A DNA stretch of 59,043 nt from Candidatus Parcubacteria bacterium (GTDB lineage: Bacteria; Patescibacteriota; Patescibacteriia; Patescibacteriales; UBA12075): assembly GCA_002869165.1 (NCBI GenBank), contig PKTK01000009.1, forward strand, positions 1 through 59,043, written 5' to 3'. Within the stretch, counting starts at the first letter, position 1. Each line of letters starts with the position of its first letter. The notes beneath the pieces are model-generated. The model was not told where the DNA came from. It saw nothing but the letters and a program-made list of their open reading frames with translations, and did no database searches. The translations under genes were made by a program, and so were the position numbers. Shown here one piece after another: positions 32,017-42,125 of the stretch.

Positions 32017-34449
32017 ATGTATTTATCAAATAAATGGCTAAAAGATTTTGTTGATATTCCAAAATCAGTCGAGGGTGATTAGCTAGGTAGACTTCTGACT
32101 GTTCACACTGTTGAGATTGATGGAGTAGAAAAGCAAAATGAAATATACAAGAATATGGTGGTGGGCGAGATCTTGGAAGTAAATAAACACCCTCAGGCAG
32201 ATAAATTACAACTAGCTGTAGTTGACGTGAAAACAGAAAAGTTAAATATTGTTTGTGGAGCCCCAAATATTGAAGTCGGACAAAAAGTTCCAGTTGCTTT
32301 AGTAGGAGCTGTGATGCCAAACGGTATGGAAATCAAGAAAACAAAAATCAGAGGAGAGGAATCTTGTGGTATGATGTGTGCCGAAGATGAGCTAGGACTG
32401 GGAGATGATCATGCTGGCATTATGATTCTTGATGAGAAAGCAAAAATTGGCACAGATTTATCTGATTATTTGGACCTTGATGATGTGATTTATGAAGTTG
32501 ATAACAAATCTATCACCAATAGGCCAGATCTTTGGGGGCACTATGGCATGGCCAGGGAAATTGCAACTTTTTTGGACAAGAAGTTAAAAGTAGATGCGAG
32601 TGAATATGATTTTTCTAAAATTGAGGTAGATAAAAAAGAGCGAAAAATTAAAATCAAGATTGAAGACAAAGAAAAATGTCCAAGATATTCAGCTGTTTCT
32701 ATGGGAGGTATTAAGATCGAGCCATCTCCAAAGTGGTTACAAACCAAACTAATTGCTTCGGGTATTAGGCCAATTTCAAATATTGTTGATGTAACTAATT
32801 ATGTAATGCTTGAGTTGGCTCAACCAATGCACGCTTTTGATGCAAGTAAAATTTCAGACACTAAAGACATAAAAATTGTAGTAAGAAACGCTAAAAAGGA
32901 TGAAATCTTAAAAAGCTTGGATGGTGAAACAAGAGAACTCGATGAAAATGATTTAGTTATAGCGAGTGACAAAGAAGCAATCGCTATTGCTGGTGTTATG
33001 GGGGGTGAGGAAAGTGAAATTGATAGTTCTAGTACAGAAATAGTTCTTGAATCAGCCAATTTTAATTATTTATCTGTTAGAAAAACAGGTCATAAGCTAG
33101 CTCTTCGTTCCGAGGCTTCACAAAGATTTGAAAAATCTCTTGATCAAAGTACTTGTGAACAAGGTTTGGTTAGAGCAGTTGAACTTATCAAGAAAATTTG
33201 TCCAGATGCTTATGTTAGTTCAGAAGTAGCTGACGAAAGCACTTTTTCCTACAAAACAAAAGTACTTGATATTGAGATTGAGTGGATAAACAAAATACTG
33301 GGAGCTGAAATTGAAACCAAGGAAATAGAAAGAATATTGACTAGTCTAGGTTTTGGTTTAGAAATAAAGGATAATATAATGAATGTAAGTATCCCTTCTT
33401 GGCGAGCAACCAAGGATGTTTCTATTAGGGAAGATATAGCCGAAGAAATAGCTCGAATTTATTCATATGAAAAAATAGAGGCCAAGATGCCAGTTCTTGA
33501 AATGAATATTCCTTTGGAAAATGAGAGTAGGGACTTAGATAGTAAAATTCGACGTATTTTGAGTGGTGGGCCAGCCTTGTCCGAGGTTTATAATTATTCT
33601 TTTGTTGGTGAAGAGCAACTCAAACATTTGGGGGTAGATTTTGAAAACTATATTCGTCTGGCCAATCCAATTAGTAGCACCCAAACTATGTTAAGACAGA
33701 GTTTAGCTACTAATCTTTTTGATAATATTAAGAAAAATCAGGCAAGGCATGAGGAGATTGAGTTGTTTGAGATTGGTAGTGTATATTTAAACTTTGATGG
33801 TCAGTACAAGAAGCAAGTAGAGGAGGTGGATGTTTTGCCGGCACAAGAAAAAAGACTTGCTATTGTTATTGCTGGGAAAAATACAGAGGTTTTTATGAGA
33901 GTTAAAAGCGTTTTGAGCTTTTTGCTTGATTCATTTGATTTGCAAGCTGAATACACAGAAAGAGAAACCGCATTTGCTTGGGCAAATAAGATATATTCAA
34001 CTGAAATAAGGGTAGCTGGCAAAGTACTTGGTTTTGTTAATCTATTAGATGAACAAAAAGCCAAAAAAATTGGACTCAAAAAATCAGTAGCAGTTGTTGA
34101 AATAAGCTTAGTTGATCTTTTGGATGTCTTAAACAAACAGGCAAATAAAACATATAAGCAATTTGATAAGTTCCCCCCAGTAGTTAGAGATTTAGCTTTT
34201 GTGGTGAGTGATAAAATAACTTATAATGATATCAAAGCTAAGATGGAAAATTTTCACCAATATATCAAGGAAGTCGAATTGTTTGATGTTTATCAAGGTG
34301 AAGAAGTAGGTAAAGACAAGAAGAGCTTAGCTTTTCATATAAACTACGTAGCAGAAAAAACCTTAACCGGTGAAGAAGTGGACAAAATCCAAACTAAACT
34401 AATCAAAGATTTAGAAAATAATTTTGAAGCTAAGGTAAGAGACTTTTAG
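32017..34449 (+). pseudogene. pheT: Phenylalanine-tRNA ligase beta subunit with an in-frame TAG at 32080-32082
   Basis: MYLSNKWLKDFVDIP..D*LGRLLTVHTVEID is in frame with ORF 32155..34449 (HPQADKL, NRPDL, FDX-ACB C-terminus). Essential gene, so an error is more likely than true inactivation. Confidence 0.92.
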
Positions 34450-34547
34450 TTACTCGCTTTGCTCGGTCGCACTACGAACGCGACACATCCGAATAGAGTT
34501 TGTAGTATTCGGATATTTATTTGTAGTATTAGAATTAATCTATATAT

Positions 34548-34829
34548 ATGTTAGAAACATCAAAAGACGTATTAAATATCGTGCTAGCCGTTTCAATCGG
34601 TGGTATCGCCTTCTTCCTTTGCTGGGGGCTTTATTATATGGTTCAAGTAGGAAGAAATATTTTTATTATGGTGAAAGGTTTTAAGGAAAAGATAGATAGA
34701 ATCGATGAGATTTTAAAAATACTCAAAGACAAGATTGAACACTCAACATCATATCTGCTTTTGATTGGTGAAGGGGTGAAGAAATTGGTAGAGATAATGA
34801 AGAAGAGAGAAGAAAAGGAAGATAAGTAG
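34548..34829 (+). CDS. Small membrane protein (TM plus coiled coil)
   Basis: 93 aa, one TM followed by a coiled-coil. Confidence 0.7.
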   Translation: MLETSKDVLNIVLAVSIGGIAFFLCWGLYYMVQVGRNIFIMVKGFKEKIDRIDEILKILKDKIEHSTSYLLLIGEGVKKLVEIMKKREEKEDK

Positions 34830-34882
34830 GATTTTCGAGACTCTTAAGACCCTTGAGATTATTGGGATTCAAACTCCTTCTT

Positions 34883-34910
34883 CCTTTGGGAGAGGGTCGA
34901 GGTGAGGGCT
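34883..34910. repeat. GGGAGAGGG/GGTGAGGG-type REP-like hairpin; relative at about 58023-58065
   Basis: ctccttcttcctttgggagagggtcgaggtgagggc; ttcctc..ggagagggttggggtaagggt. Coordinates approximate. Confidence 0.55.
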
Positions 34911-35033
34911 GTGAAGACGAGAATGATAGTAGGGATTTGGAGACCCTAGAGAATATTGGGAAATAAAATATTTTTAAATAAAAAACAGGTAGTGTTTATA
35001 AGCTTACCTGTTTTGTTTTTTGTCTGGGAACTT

Positions 35034-35117
35034 TGTCATTTCGAACGAAGTGAGAAATCCCTTGGCCGTTACAACATTTATGTCTAAGGGATTTCTCCGC
35101 TTCGCTACGAAATGACA
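35034..35117. repeat. TGTCAT..ATGACA element
   Basis: tgtcatttcgaacgaagtgagaaatccctt..aagggatttctccgcttcgctacgaaatgaca. Confidence 0.85.
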
Positions 35118-35160
35118 AGTGCTTTAGAGTTTGTTATTTTAAACAATATAAAATGAAAAA

Positions 35161-35206
35161 TTTCAATGTATATACATATGTATAGACATATGTATATACA
35201 TTGAAA
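35161..35206. repeat. Perfect 21-bp inverted repeat with a 4-nt spacer
   Basis: TTTCAATGTATATACATATGT-ATAG-ACATATGTATATACATTGAAA. Confidence 0.9.
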
Positions 35207-35267
35207 GTGTTTGGAAAAATAAATAGTCAGAATTTGCCAGATGAATATTTTATTTAAAGGTGCTATA

Positions 35268-35462
35268 TTAGATTTTAACAATAGCACCAACTATGCTCGT
35301 AATTAGTATGGTAGTAATGCCAGCCATATAACGAATATTAGTACTTACATCACTTGCCATAGTAATTGTTAGAAGTATTGCCAATATCAACATCACAGGA
35401 ATTTTATATTTTGGATCATGATGAGCAACTCCATCCAAACATTTCAATATTATTCCTTTCAT
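35268..35462 (-). CDS. Small 2-TM hypothetical protein, SD-led
   Basis: ATG at 35462 preceded by AGAGGAG. Confidence 0.6.
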   Translation of the reverse strand: MKGIILKCLDGVAHHDPKYKIPVMLILAILLTITMASDVSTNIRYMAGITTILITSIVGAIVKI

Positions 35463-35598
35463 TTTTTTCTCCTCTTTTGTGTTTTGTCCCAATTTTGATT
35501 TTTTATAATATAATGTACATTTTTTTGTTTTTTTAGAATATCATTTATTAAAGATAATAGCAATAAACAAAGATTGATGTTATTTTAAATTGAATTGG

Positions 35599-35627
35599 TT
35601 GACAAATTTATAAAAACATGATATAAA
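35599..35627 (+). promoter_or_regulatory. sigma70 promoter of the accessory cassette
   Basis: TTGACA-17-TATAAA with TG extension. Confidence 0.65.
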
Positions 35628-35687
35628 ATTGGCACATAAATCTAGTTAATTTTATATTGATCATTTAAAAAAAAGGAGAGTGTAGAA

Positions 35688-35900
35688 ATGGGAAACAATG
35701 TGAAGATTGATAATTGTATTGACTGTAGCTATCACAGAGAGCTACCTGATCCTGATCCGGATGACTGGTTTTGTGATGATGATGTTAAAGTTGTTTGCAC
35801 AAAGAAAAAGCCTTCGAAAAACATTACCGTAGCATGTCGACCATACAATACAAGAAATGAATGTGATATTCCAGAGTGGTGCCCAAGATTAAATAATTAG
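35688..35900 (+). CDS. Small Cys-rich (probable metal-binding) hypothetical protein, SD-led
   Basis: CIDC, DPDPDDWFC, CRP, C.IPEWCP; AAAAGGAGAG upstream. Confidence 0.7.
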   Translation: MGNNVKIDNCIDCSYHRELPDPDPDDWFCDDDVKVVCTKKKPSKNITVACRPYNTRNECDIPEWCPRLNN

Positions 35901-35913
35901 ATAATTCAGGTAG

Positions 35914-36138
35914 TTGTATAAACAGGAGGCTGATGCGTCTGATAAAAAAATGATTGATGACAGAATGAAAGATGCTTTTATTCAGATTTCGCGAAATGGA
36001 AGATGGGGAACCTGCGTGGCTTGTCCCAGAGATTCTAATGGCCATGCCTATCCAGAGTTTTGTGAATACACTGATCGCTACGATTATCTACTAACCGTAG
36101 ATTATCTTGCAGAAGCTCACAGGAAATATCTGAAATAA
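35914..36138 (+). CDS. Small hypothetical protein (CxxC); start uncertain
   Basis: ORF in track; CVACP..FC. Confidence 0.5.
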   Translation: MYKQEADASDKKMIDDRMKDAFIQISRNGRWGTCVACPRDSNGHAYPEFCEYTDRYDYLLTVDYLAEAHRKYLK

Positions 36139-36273
36139 CTGAGTTTAGCCTCGTGTTCGATAAAAGAATACGAGGTTTTTTGTTTTGTTGACACATTGAT
36201 AATATTATATTAAAGTAAAGCATTGGTCTTTTTATAGTATAAATAAACAAAATAATATCAAAAAGGAGAAATT

Positions 36274-36453
36274 ATGAAAGATAAATTAGCTAATACTATA
36301 ATGGTTTTGATGCTAATGAGTCCATTTTTCATTGCAGGTTTTGAAAAAGTATTCCCCGAGTATACACCTTGGGATGTTAGTAACACAAGAGTCCAAATCT
36401 TGGGCGTCCAGGTAGAGCCAATGAGCACATTGATTTTGATTACTAGTGGTTAA
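36274..36453 (+). CDS. 59-aa hypothetical membrane/secreted peptide, SD-led (not in ORF track)
   Basis: AAAAAGGAG then ATG: MKDKLANTIMVLMLMSPFFIAGFEK..LILITSG*. Confidence 0.55.
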   Translation: MKDKLANTIMVLMLMSPFFIAGFEKVFPEYTPWDVSNTRVQILGVQVEPMSTLILITSG

Positions 36454-36492
36454 AAAAAACGGGGTAACGCTAATTTTAACTAAGGAGGCAAA

Positions 36493-36795
36493 ATGCTTAT
36501 TATTAATAATGCATCATTTCCGGTGATTGCGATGTGTTGGCACAAGCAATATGGCTATGGTGATCAGGAAATAATTGAGCCTAATGAAAGTGAGAATATT
36601 TCTGGTCCTTTTCTTGGTGAAATGGATGGAGGAGAATGTCGTTTGGCCATGCCAGGCGAGATTAGCTGTCATGAAGATGAGGACAATGAAAATGGCTTTC
36701 ATGTATCCAAGGGAAGTCAGCTCAATTTAGGTAATGGAGATTTTGGAGTGATCATTTGGCACTATGAAGATGAGTTGGTGTTAAAGAAGGAATAG
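36493..36795 (+). CDS. Hypothetical protein, SD-led
   Basis: TAAGGAGG five nt before ATG; followed by terminator 36816-36851. Confidence 0.7.
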   Translation: MLIINNASFPVIAMCWHKQYGYGDQEIIEPNESENISGPFLGEMDGGECRLAMPGEISCHEDEDNENGFHVSKGSQLNLGNGDFGVIIWHYEDELVLKKE

Positions 36796-36815
36796 TATAA
36801 TGTTTGTAAAATAAT

Positions 36816-36851
36816 AGGCGATGTAATAAAAAAATTACATCGCCTTTTTTA
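36816..36851 (+). terminator. Intrinsic terminator
   Basis: aggcgatgtaat/attacatcgcct stem plus T-run. Confidence 0.8.
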
Positions 36852-37111
36852 TTTAATTCAGTTAACATTTCTGTGTAACTGAAGTTTTAAATAATTTTTT
36901 TATCACAGAACCTGATAATTCGTGTTAAGTGAAGTAACCTTTTATAAAAGTCCTAGGAAGATCCTCGGACTTTTTTCTTTGGTCAAACTTTAAATTAGCA
37001 AGAACGTTTAAGGTTGTTTAATTTAACTAGAGTGATGTCTGAAGTTTTTGAAAACTCTTTTTAGAAAAAGGGGGAATTCGATTGATTCCCCCCCAAAAAA
37101 AACAATTTTAA

Positions 37112-37294
37112 TTATACGATCCTTTTTTGTTTATCTTCCATTCTCTTTTTTACTTGTTCGAACCATATTTTGTAGTCGGGGTCGTATTTAGAATACATCT
37201 CAGACAGTATTTCTACTGATGATTTTGTAGGATGTACTAGTCTATTTTTTCGTGTAAAAAATTTACGCCTTTTATTTTTATTTTCTCGGGACAT
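37112..37294 (-). CDS. Small basic hypothetical protein
   Basis: 60-aa ORF followed by a GC hairpin at about 37066-37093. Confidence 0.5.
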   Translation of the reverse strand: MSRENKNKRRKFFTRKNRLVHPTKSSVEILSEMYSKYDPDYKIWFEQVKKRMEDKQKRIV

Positions 37295-37396
37295 TATTTC
37301 AACTCATTTGTTGTTTTTTCTTGTTTTATCCTCTCTAAAAATATTACTCTCTGGTGTAGCCAGATACAACATGTTATGTGTAGTTTGAATTGGACA

Positions 37397-37837
37397 CTAT
37401 TTAGCAAGCTTTTTCTCTAAAAAATATTTATGATTTTGTTTTTTGGTAATAACGTAGCCTAACTTTTTATAAAATGACACAGCAGGATTGTTTTCCCATA
37501 CTTCAAGCGTTATTTTGCGATACCTATGCGTTTCAAAGCTTTTCATGATTTGCGAACCAAGTCCTTTTCCTTGATAGAACGGTGTTAAAAATATACGTGA
37601 TACGTATAGATTACGTTTTTGTTCTTTAACTTCGTATAAACCGATTCTACGCTTTCCTCGAAGTAGTATAACCATTTTTCCATAGTCTTTATAAAACTTT
37701 TCATCAAACTTGTTTTTATCAACTGGTTGGAATTTCTCAATCAAAGGAAATAACGTTGTTTTCATTAAACGATACACGAACGCATAGTCGTCTTTTTTAC
37801 ATTTGCGTTTTTTTATATTCATAACGTTTTGAGTCAT
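37397..37837 (-). CDS. GNAT-family N-acetyltransferase
   Basis: YQGKGLGS acetyl-CoA motif; LEVWENNPAVSFYKKLGY. Confidence 0.88.
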   Translation of the reverse strand: MTQNVMNIKKRKCKKDDYAFVYRLMKTTLFPLIEKFQPVDKNKFDEKFYKDYGKMVILLRGKRRIGLYEVKEQKRNLYVSRIFLTPFYQGKGLGSQIMKSFETHRYRKITLEVWENNPAVSFYKKLGYVITKKQNHKYFLEKKLAK

Positions 37838-38120
37838 TTTATAAAAAGTTAGGCGGATTTATAGAAGTTCAATTCAAATTTCACATAACAAGTTATATGT
37901 GAACTTGTTGATTATTTATTTAAAATTAGTTAAATATTTGTGGTTTATTTCCAATCAAGAAGTGTTTTTGTGGTTTTTATTTTGAGAATTGTTTGTTTTG
38001 CCTTTATGTTAGCATAAATATTTTTAAAAGCAAAATATGGATGTCTTATAATATTGATTAAAAAAGAGCTTTTTAAAAATTATAATTGATGATTTAAGCT
38101 ATTTTTAAATTTGTCAGAAA

Positions 38121-38149
38121 TTGACTTTTGTATTTTTTTCTTGTAAAGT
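38121..38149 (+). promoter_or_regulatory. sigma70 promoter upstream of a structured leader
   Basis: TTGACT-17-TAAAGT with TG extension. Confidence 0.6.
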
Positions 38150-38156
38150 TTATATT

Positions 38157-38320
38157 AATACTAGTGGTTGATCAAGGAGATATTTAAACTTGTAGCCACA
38201 ATTGCGCCATCGGCTTGTCTGATTTACCCATCCGTTGCTTATGCCGAGAAATCTGATGACCGTAGGCGTAAGTATTAGAGGCGAGCAGAAACGTAATGTT
38301 TCAGCAACGGATGGATTTTG
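38157..38320 (+). ncRNA. Candidate structured leader RNA / ncRNA upstream of the CHC2 gene
   Basis: Hairpin 38164-38199; perfect 12-bp stem 38228-38239/38303-38314 enclosing two sub-hairpins. Confidence 0.45.
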
Positions 38321-38346
38321 TTATTTTAAATTAAAAAGGTAGGTGT

Positions 38347-38679
38347 GTGATGAAAATAAGAAGAATTCCACATTCATATTTTGTGGAAGTAAAACAGGAG
38401 CTTGACTGGGAGGATGTTCTGCATAAGCTTGGAATAAAATTTCATTCAACCAAGAAAGGAGGAAGTATATACGAGGCAAAGTGTATTCTTCATAATGAAA
38501 ATACACCATCTCTTACTTTCAATCCATACATGTGTGCTTTTCATTGCTTTGGTTGCGGGCAAAGTGGAGATACTTTTAATTTTATTTCCTATGCCTTGAC
38601 CGGAGAGCTATATAACTATGGAAGAGTTTTTCGTTGGTTAAATAAAAATTTCAACATACCCTTACCATGGGACCGCTGA
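38347..38679 (+). CDS. Stand-alone CHC2 zinc-finger protein (DnaG primase Zn-binding-domain-like)
   Basis: CILHNENTPSLT..FHCFGCGQSGD motif; no Toprim domain follows. Confidence 0.85.
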   Translation: MMKIRRIPHSYFVEVKQELDWEDVLHKLGIKFHSTKKGGSIYEAKCILHNENTPSLTFNPYMCAFHCFGCGQSGDTFNFISYALTGELYNYGRVFRWLNKNFNIPLPWDR

Positions 38680-38888
38680 TATTTTGTAAAGATTGAGGCG
38701 GTTTTTATTTGTATAAATTTCAAAATCAAAATATAAGCAATAAATAATTATAAGAGTATTTATTTAAAAATTTTATCTAACATCTATCGAAAATGATAAA
38801 GAAGATGAATTATATAATTTATTAGCATGGAAAAATTTTATTACAAAAAAAGCAGGGCAATTAAGTACTCTGCTTTTTTGTTAATTGT

Positions 38889-39269
38889 TTAATAAATAGG
38901 CATTTCGTATTTTGAGTAGTCATTTTTATCAACAAATATTTCAAGCGTCTTACCTTCTCTATATTCATTGATTGGATCATAAGTCCAGTCAGGGCAATAG
39001 AATGTGTGTTGTTTTTGACTTTCATCAGTAAAATGTGCGATGACTGCCCAACGTTTTCCTTTTTTAGTTTGGTAAAATCCTGTTTTGCCGATTGTTGCTT
39101 TAATTTTTATTTGATTTTCTTTTTTTAGCTCAAAGAATTCACTAAGAGTTGAACTGCCTTTTTCTTTGTATTCTTTAAACCAAGGTAAGCCTTCACCTAA
39201 GTCTGTATATTCATCAGCAGTGTGAGTAGGCCCTGAGAGTGATGATAAAATTTTGTCAAAAAATCCCAT
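38889..39269 (-). CDS. Hypothetical protein (small beta-rich domain)
   Basis: 126-aa ORF with a plausible upstream promoter. Confidence 0.65.
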   Translation of the reverse strand: MGFFDKILSSLSGPTHTADEYTDLGEGLPWFKEYKEKGSSTLSEFFELKKENQIKIKATIGKTGFYQTKKGKRWAVIAHFTDESQKQHTFYCPDWTYDPINEYREGKTLEIFVDKNDYSKYEMPIY

Positions 39270-39360
39270 ATAGTTTTTTTATTAGTTAAATTAATTTTTA
39301 TCTTATCTTTTTATTTTATATTAGCATAAAATAAGCCATAAACAAAATGTTGGATTTTTG

Positions 39361-39384
39361 ATGTACGTACATATGTACGTACAT
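39361..39384. repeat. Perfect 24-bp palindrome
   Basis: ATGTACGTACATATGTACGTACAT. Confidence 0.9.
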
Positions 39385-39393
39385 TGAGTTTTA

Positions 39394-39606
39394 TCATTCA
39401 TTCAAAGGTAGGAATGATAATGAAGAATATCTATCTATGAGATTCCCTTCCCTCGCTTCGCTCGCCGGGAATGACAGGGGGGGGAGCGTTGCGCTTCGGC
39501 CGGGAATGACAAATGAAGTGGTATTACTTTTAGGAAAAATTAAGACGAGATTCCCTTCCCTCGCTTCGCTCGCCCCCGCAAGAAGACGGGACAGGCGGGA
39601 ATGACA
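39394..39606. repeat. Cluster of three GGGAATGACA half-elements, two sharing a near-identical ~28-nt core
   Basis: gagattcccttccctcgcttcgctcgcc at 39439 and 39547; gggaatgaca ends at 39476, 39511 and 39606. Confidence 0.8.
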
Positions 39607-39724
39607 GGGGGGGGGATAATAAAAATGAAAAAACAAAACAGAGTAGTATGAACTACTCTGTTTTATGTTATGTGATATGTGTTATGTGCTATGTGTTTTG
39701 TGCTATGTGATGTGTGATACGTGC

Positions 39725-41950
39725 TTACTTCGTGTATCCACATCCTTTGGCTGAACATTTTAGTCCATCTTTTGACTCTACTAGTAATGCTCCGCAGTCT
39801 GGACATTTTTCTCCAGTTGGTTTGCCCCAGAGAGCATTTTTGCAGTCAGGGTATTGGTCGCAGGCGTAGAAGGTACCTCTTCGGCTTCGTTTTTGGACGA
39901 ATTCTCCTTTGCCACATTTGTCGCACTTTATGCCAGTTGAGTTGGAGTTTTCTTTGATGCTTTTGATATTCTTACATTTTGGATAGCCTGAACAAGCAAG
40001 AAAATGGCCGAAGCGTCCGTTTTTGATTACCATTGGCTTACCGCATTTGTCACATTCTTCATGTTTGTACTTTTCTTCGAGTGCTTGAGTCTCTTTGTCT
40101 TTTTCTCCAGCGTCAGCCGGTTTGCCGTCTTTGTCCATACCTTTGATGTTTTTGCACTCAGGATAGGCTGAGCAGGCTAGGAATTTGCCGAAACGGCCAG
40201 TTTTGATAATCATTTTTGCGCCACATTTGTCGCATTTTACGTCTGTTTGTTCTTCAGGCATAATATCTTCTTTTTTAAGTTCTTTATCTTTTTTTTCTAA
40301 GTTAGCATGAAATGGTTCATAGAAGTCTTTGATGACTGGTTGCCACATGGTTTCACCTTCAGCGATTTTATCAAGATCAGTTTCTACTTGGGCGGTGAAT
40401 TCATAGTCAACCACTCGAGGGAAATGACCAACTAGTAGATCAGTAACTACATAGGCAATATCAGTTGGATAAAGCTTTTTAGCGTCATCTCTTTGCACGT
40501 AGTTTCTGGTGATAATAGTGGCTAAGGTTGGTGCATAAGTAGAAGGTCGGCCAATGCCGTATTTTTCTAAAATTTTTACAATCCCAGCATCAGAGTATCG
40601 TCCTGGTGGCTTGGTGAAATGTTGTTCTTTGTTTAGATTTTCAAGATCCAGTTCTTCCTTTTCTTTTACATCAGGCAATATTAGTTCTTTTGATTGTTCT
40701 GGATAGATTTTTAAGTAACCATCGAATTTCAAGATTTGACCTGTGGTGCGGAATTGATAGCTAGTACCATCAGCATCTATGTCTATACTGGTTGAGTTTA
40801 CGATTGCTTCAGTCATTTGACTGGCTACTGCTCTTTGCCAAATCAGGGTGTACATCTTCAGCTGTTTAGGATCGAGGCTTGAGCTGAGAATCTCAGGAGT
40901 ATTACCAGCTTCAGTTGGTCTGATAGCTTCATGAGCTTCTTGAGCTCCTTTGGACTTGGTTTTAAATGTTCTTGGTTTTGTAAGTGCGTATTCTTTGCCC
41001 ACATATTCTTCCAAGTGCTTTTTGGCATCATCTAGGAATTTTTGAGATAGATTTAGAGAATCTGTTCTCATATAGGTAATATAGCCTTGTTCATAGAGTT
41101 GCTGAGCTAGCATCATGGTTTGTTTGGCGGAGTAGCCTAGCCAACGATTCGCGGTTTGTTGCAAAGTTGAAGTAGTAAATGGTTTAGGTGGATTCTTTTT
41201 TGTTTCTCTTTTATTAATAGATGAGATAATATACTTAGCACCTTGGAGGTCTTTGGTGATCTTATCTGCTTCAGCTTTGTTTTTGATAGCTAGTTTGTCT
41301 AGAGTTTTACCCTCGATTTTATTTAGCTTAGCTTCAATCTTGTCTTCTTTGTTGTCTTGTTTATTTAGCAGTAAGTCTATGCTCCAGTATTCATCTGGCT
41401 TAAAGGCCTTGATTTCTCTTTCTCTTTCTACGATGAGTCTAACCGCTACTGATTGAACACGTCCGGCTGATAATCCTCTAGCAACCTTTTTCCATAGAAA
41501 AGGGGATAGTTCATAGCCTACTAGTCTATCAAGAACTCTTCTGGCTTGTTGAGCATCCACTAGTCCCATATCAAGTTTACGAGGATTTTTCATCGCTTCC
41601 TCAATAGCACCTTTGGTTATTTCATGAAATACAATCCGCTGGGTTTTGTCTTGGTCGATCTTCAAGGCACTTAGAAGATGCCAAGCAATAGCTTCCCCTT
41701 CGCGGTCTTCATCAGTTGCGAGGATGATGTTATCAGCTTTTTTAGCTAATGTTTTTAGAGCTGTTACCTGTTTTTTGGCTTTGGCAGGTATTTCATAAGT
41801 TGGTTCGAAATTGTTTTCGGTATCAATACCAATCTTGGATTTAGGCAAATCTCTGATATGCCCAAAAGAAGACTCTACTTTGTAGCCTTTGCCAAGAAAT
41901 TTGGTGATTGTCTTCGCCTTGGTAGGCGACTCTACTATTATTAAATTCAT
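39725..41950 (-). CDS. topA: Type IA DNA topoisomerase I with C-terminal Zn-ribbon repeats
   Basis: IVESPTKAKTI, ATDEDREGE, SAGRVQS, ITYMRTDS and GIGRPSTY motifs. Confidence 0.97.
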   Translation of the reverse strand: MNLIIVESPTKAKTITKFLGKGYKVESSFGHIRDLPKSKIGIDTENNFEPTYEIPAKAKKQVTALKTLAKKADNIILATDEDREGEAIAWHLLSALKIDQDKTQRIVFHEITKGAIEEAMKNPRKLDMGLVDAQQARRVLDRLVGYELSPFLWKKVARGLSAGRVQSVAVRLIVEREREIKAFKPDEYWSIDLLLNKQDNKEDKIEAKLNKIEGKTLDKLAIKNKAEADKITKDLQGAKYIISSINKRETKKNPPKPFTTSTLQQTANRWLGYSAKQTMMLAQQLYEQGYITYMRTDSLNLSQKFLDDAKKHLEEYVGKEYALTKPRTFKTKSKGAQEAHEAIRPTEAGNTPEILSSSLDPKQLKMYTLIWQRAVASQMTEAIVNSTSIDIDADGTSYQFRTTGQILKFDGYLKIYPEQSKELILPDVKEKEELDLENLNKEQHFTKPPGRYSDAGIVKILEKYGIGRPSTYAPTLATIITRNYVQRDDAKKLYPTDIAYVVTDLLVGHFPRVVDYEFTAQVETDLDKIAEGETMWQPVIKDFYEPFHANLEKKDKELKKEDIMPEEQTDVKCDKCGAKMIIKTGRFGKFLACSAYPECKNIKGMDKDGKPADAGEKDKETQALEEKYKHEECDKCGKPMVIKNGRFGHFLACSGYPKCKNIKSIKENSNSTGIKCDKCGKGEFVQKRSRRGTFYACDQYPDCKNALWGKPTGEKCPDCGALLVESKDGLKCSAKGCGYTK

Positions 41951-41965
41951 AATTCTGCATTATTT

Positions 41966-42116
41966 TGTCATTCCCGGACGGAGCCTTATGAGCGGAGTGA
42001 ATAAGCGTAGGGGAAGGGAATCTACGTATCAAAGAATAGTTGCGCGTAGATTCCTTTCCCCTCCGTAATTCGCTTTCGTTAGCTGACGAAGCTCATTACT
42101 CCGGCCAGGAATGACA
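41966..42116. repeat. TGTCAT..ATGACA element between dprA and topA
   Basis: tgtcattcccgg..ggggaagggaatctacg..cgtagattcctttcccc..ccaggaatgaca. Confidence 0.85.
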
Positions 42117-42125
42117 AGATAGTTA

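Noticed and set aside
38253-38302. Hammerhead ribozyme (CTGATGA..GAAAC)
   Set aside because: Stem II does not close next to the core and stem I does not pair across the putative cleavage site.
39394-39606. CRISPR array
   Set aside because: Only two to three repeats with irregular spacing; they belong to the dispersed ATGACA family and no cas genes are present.
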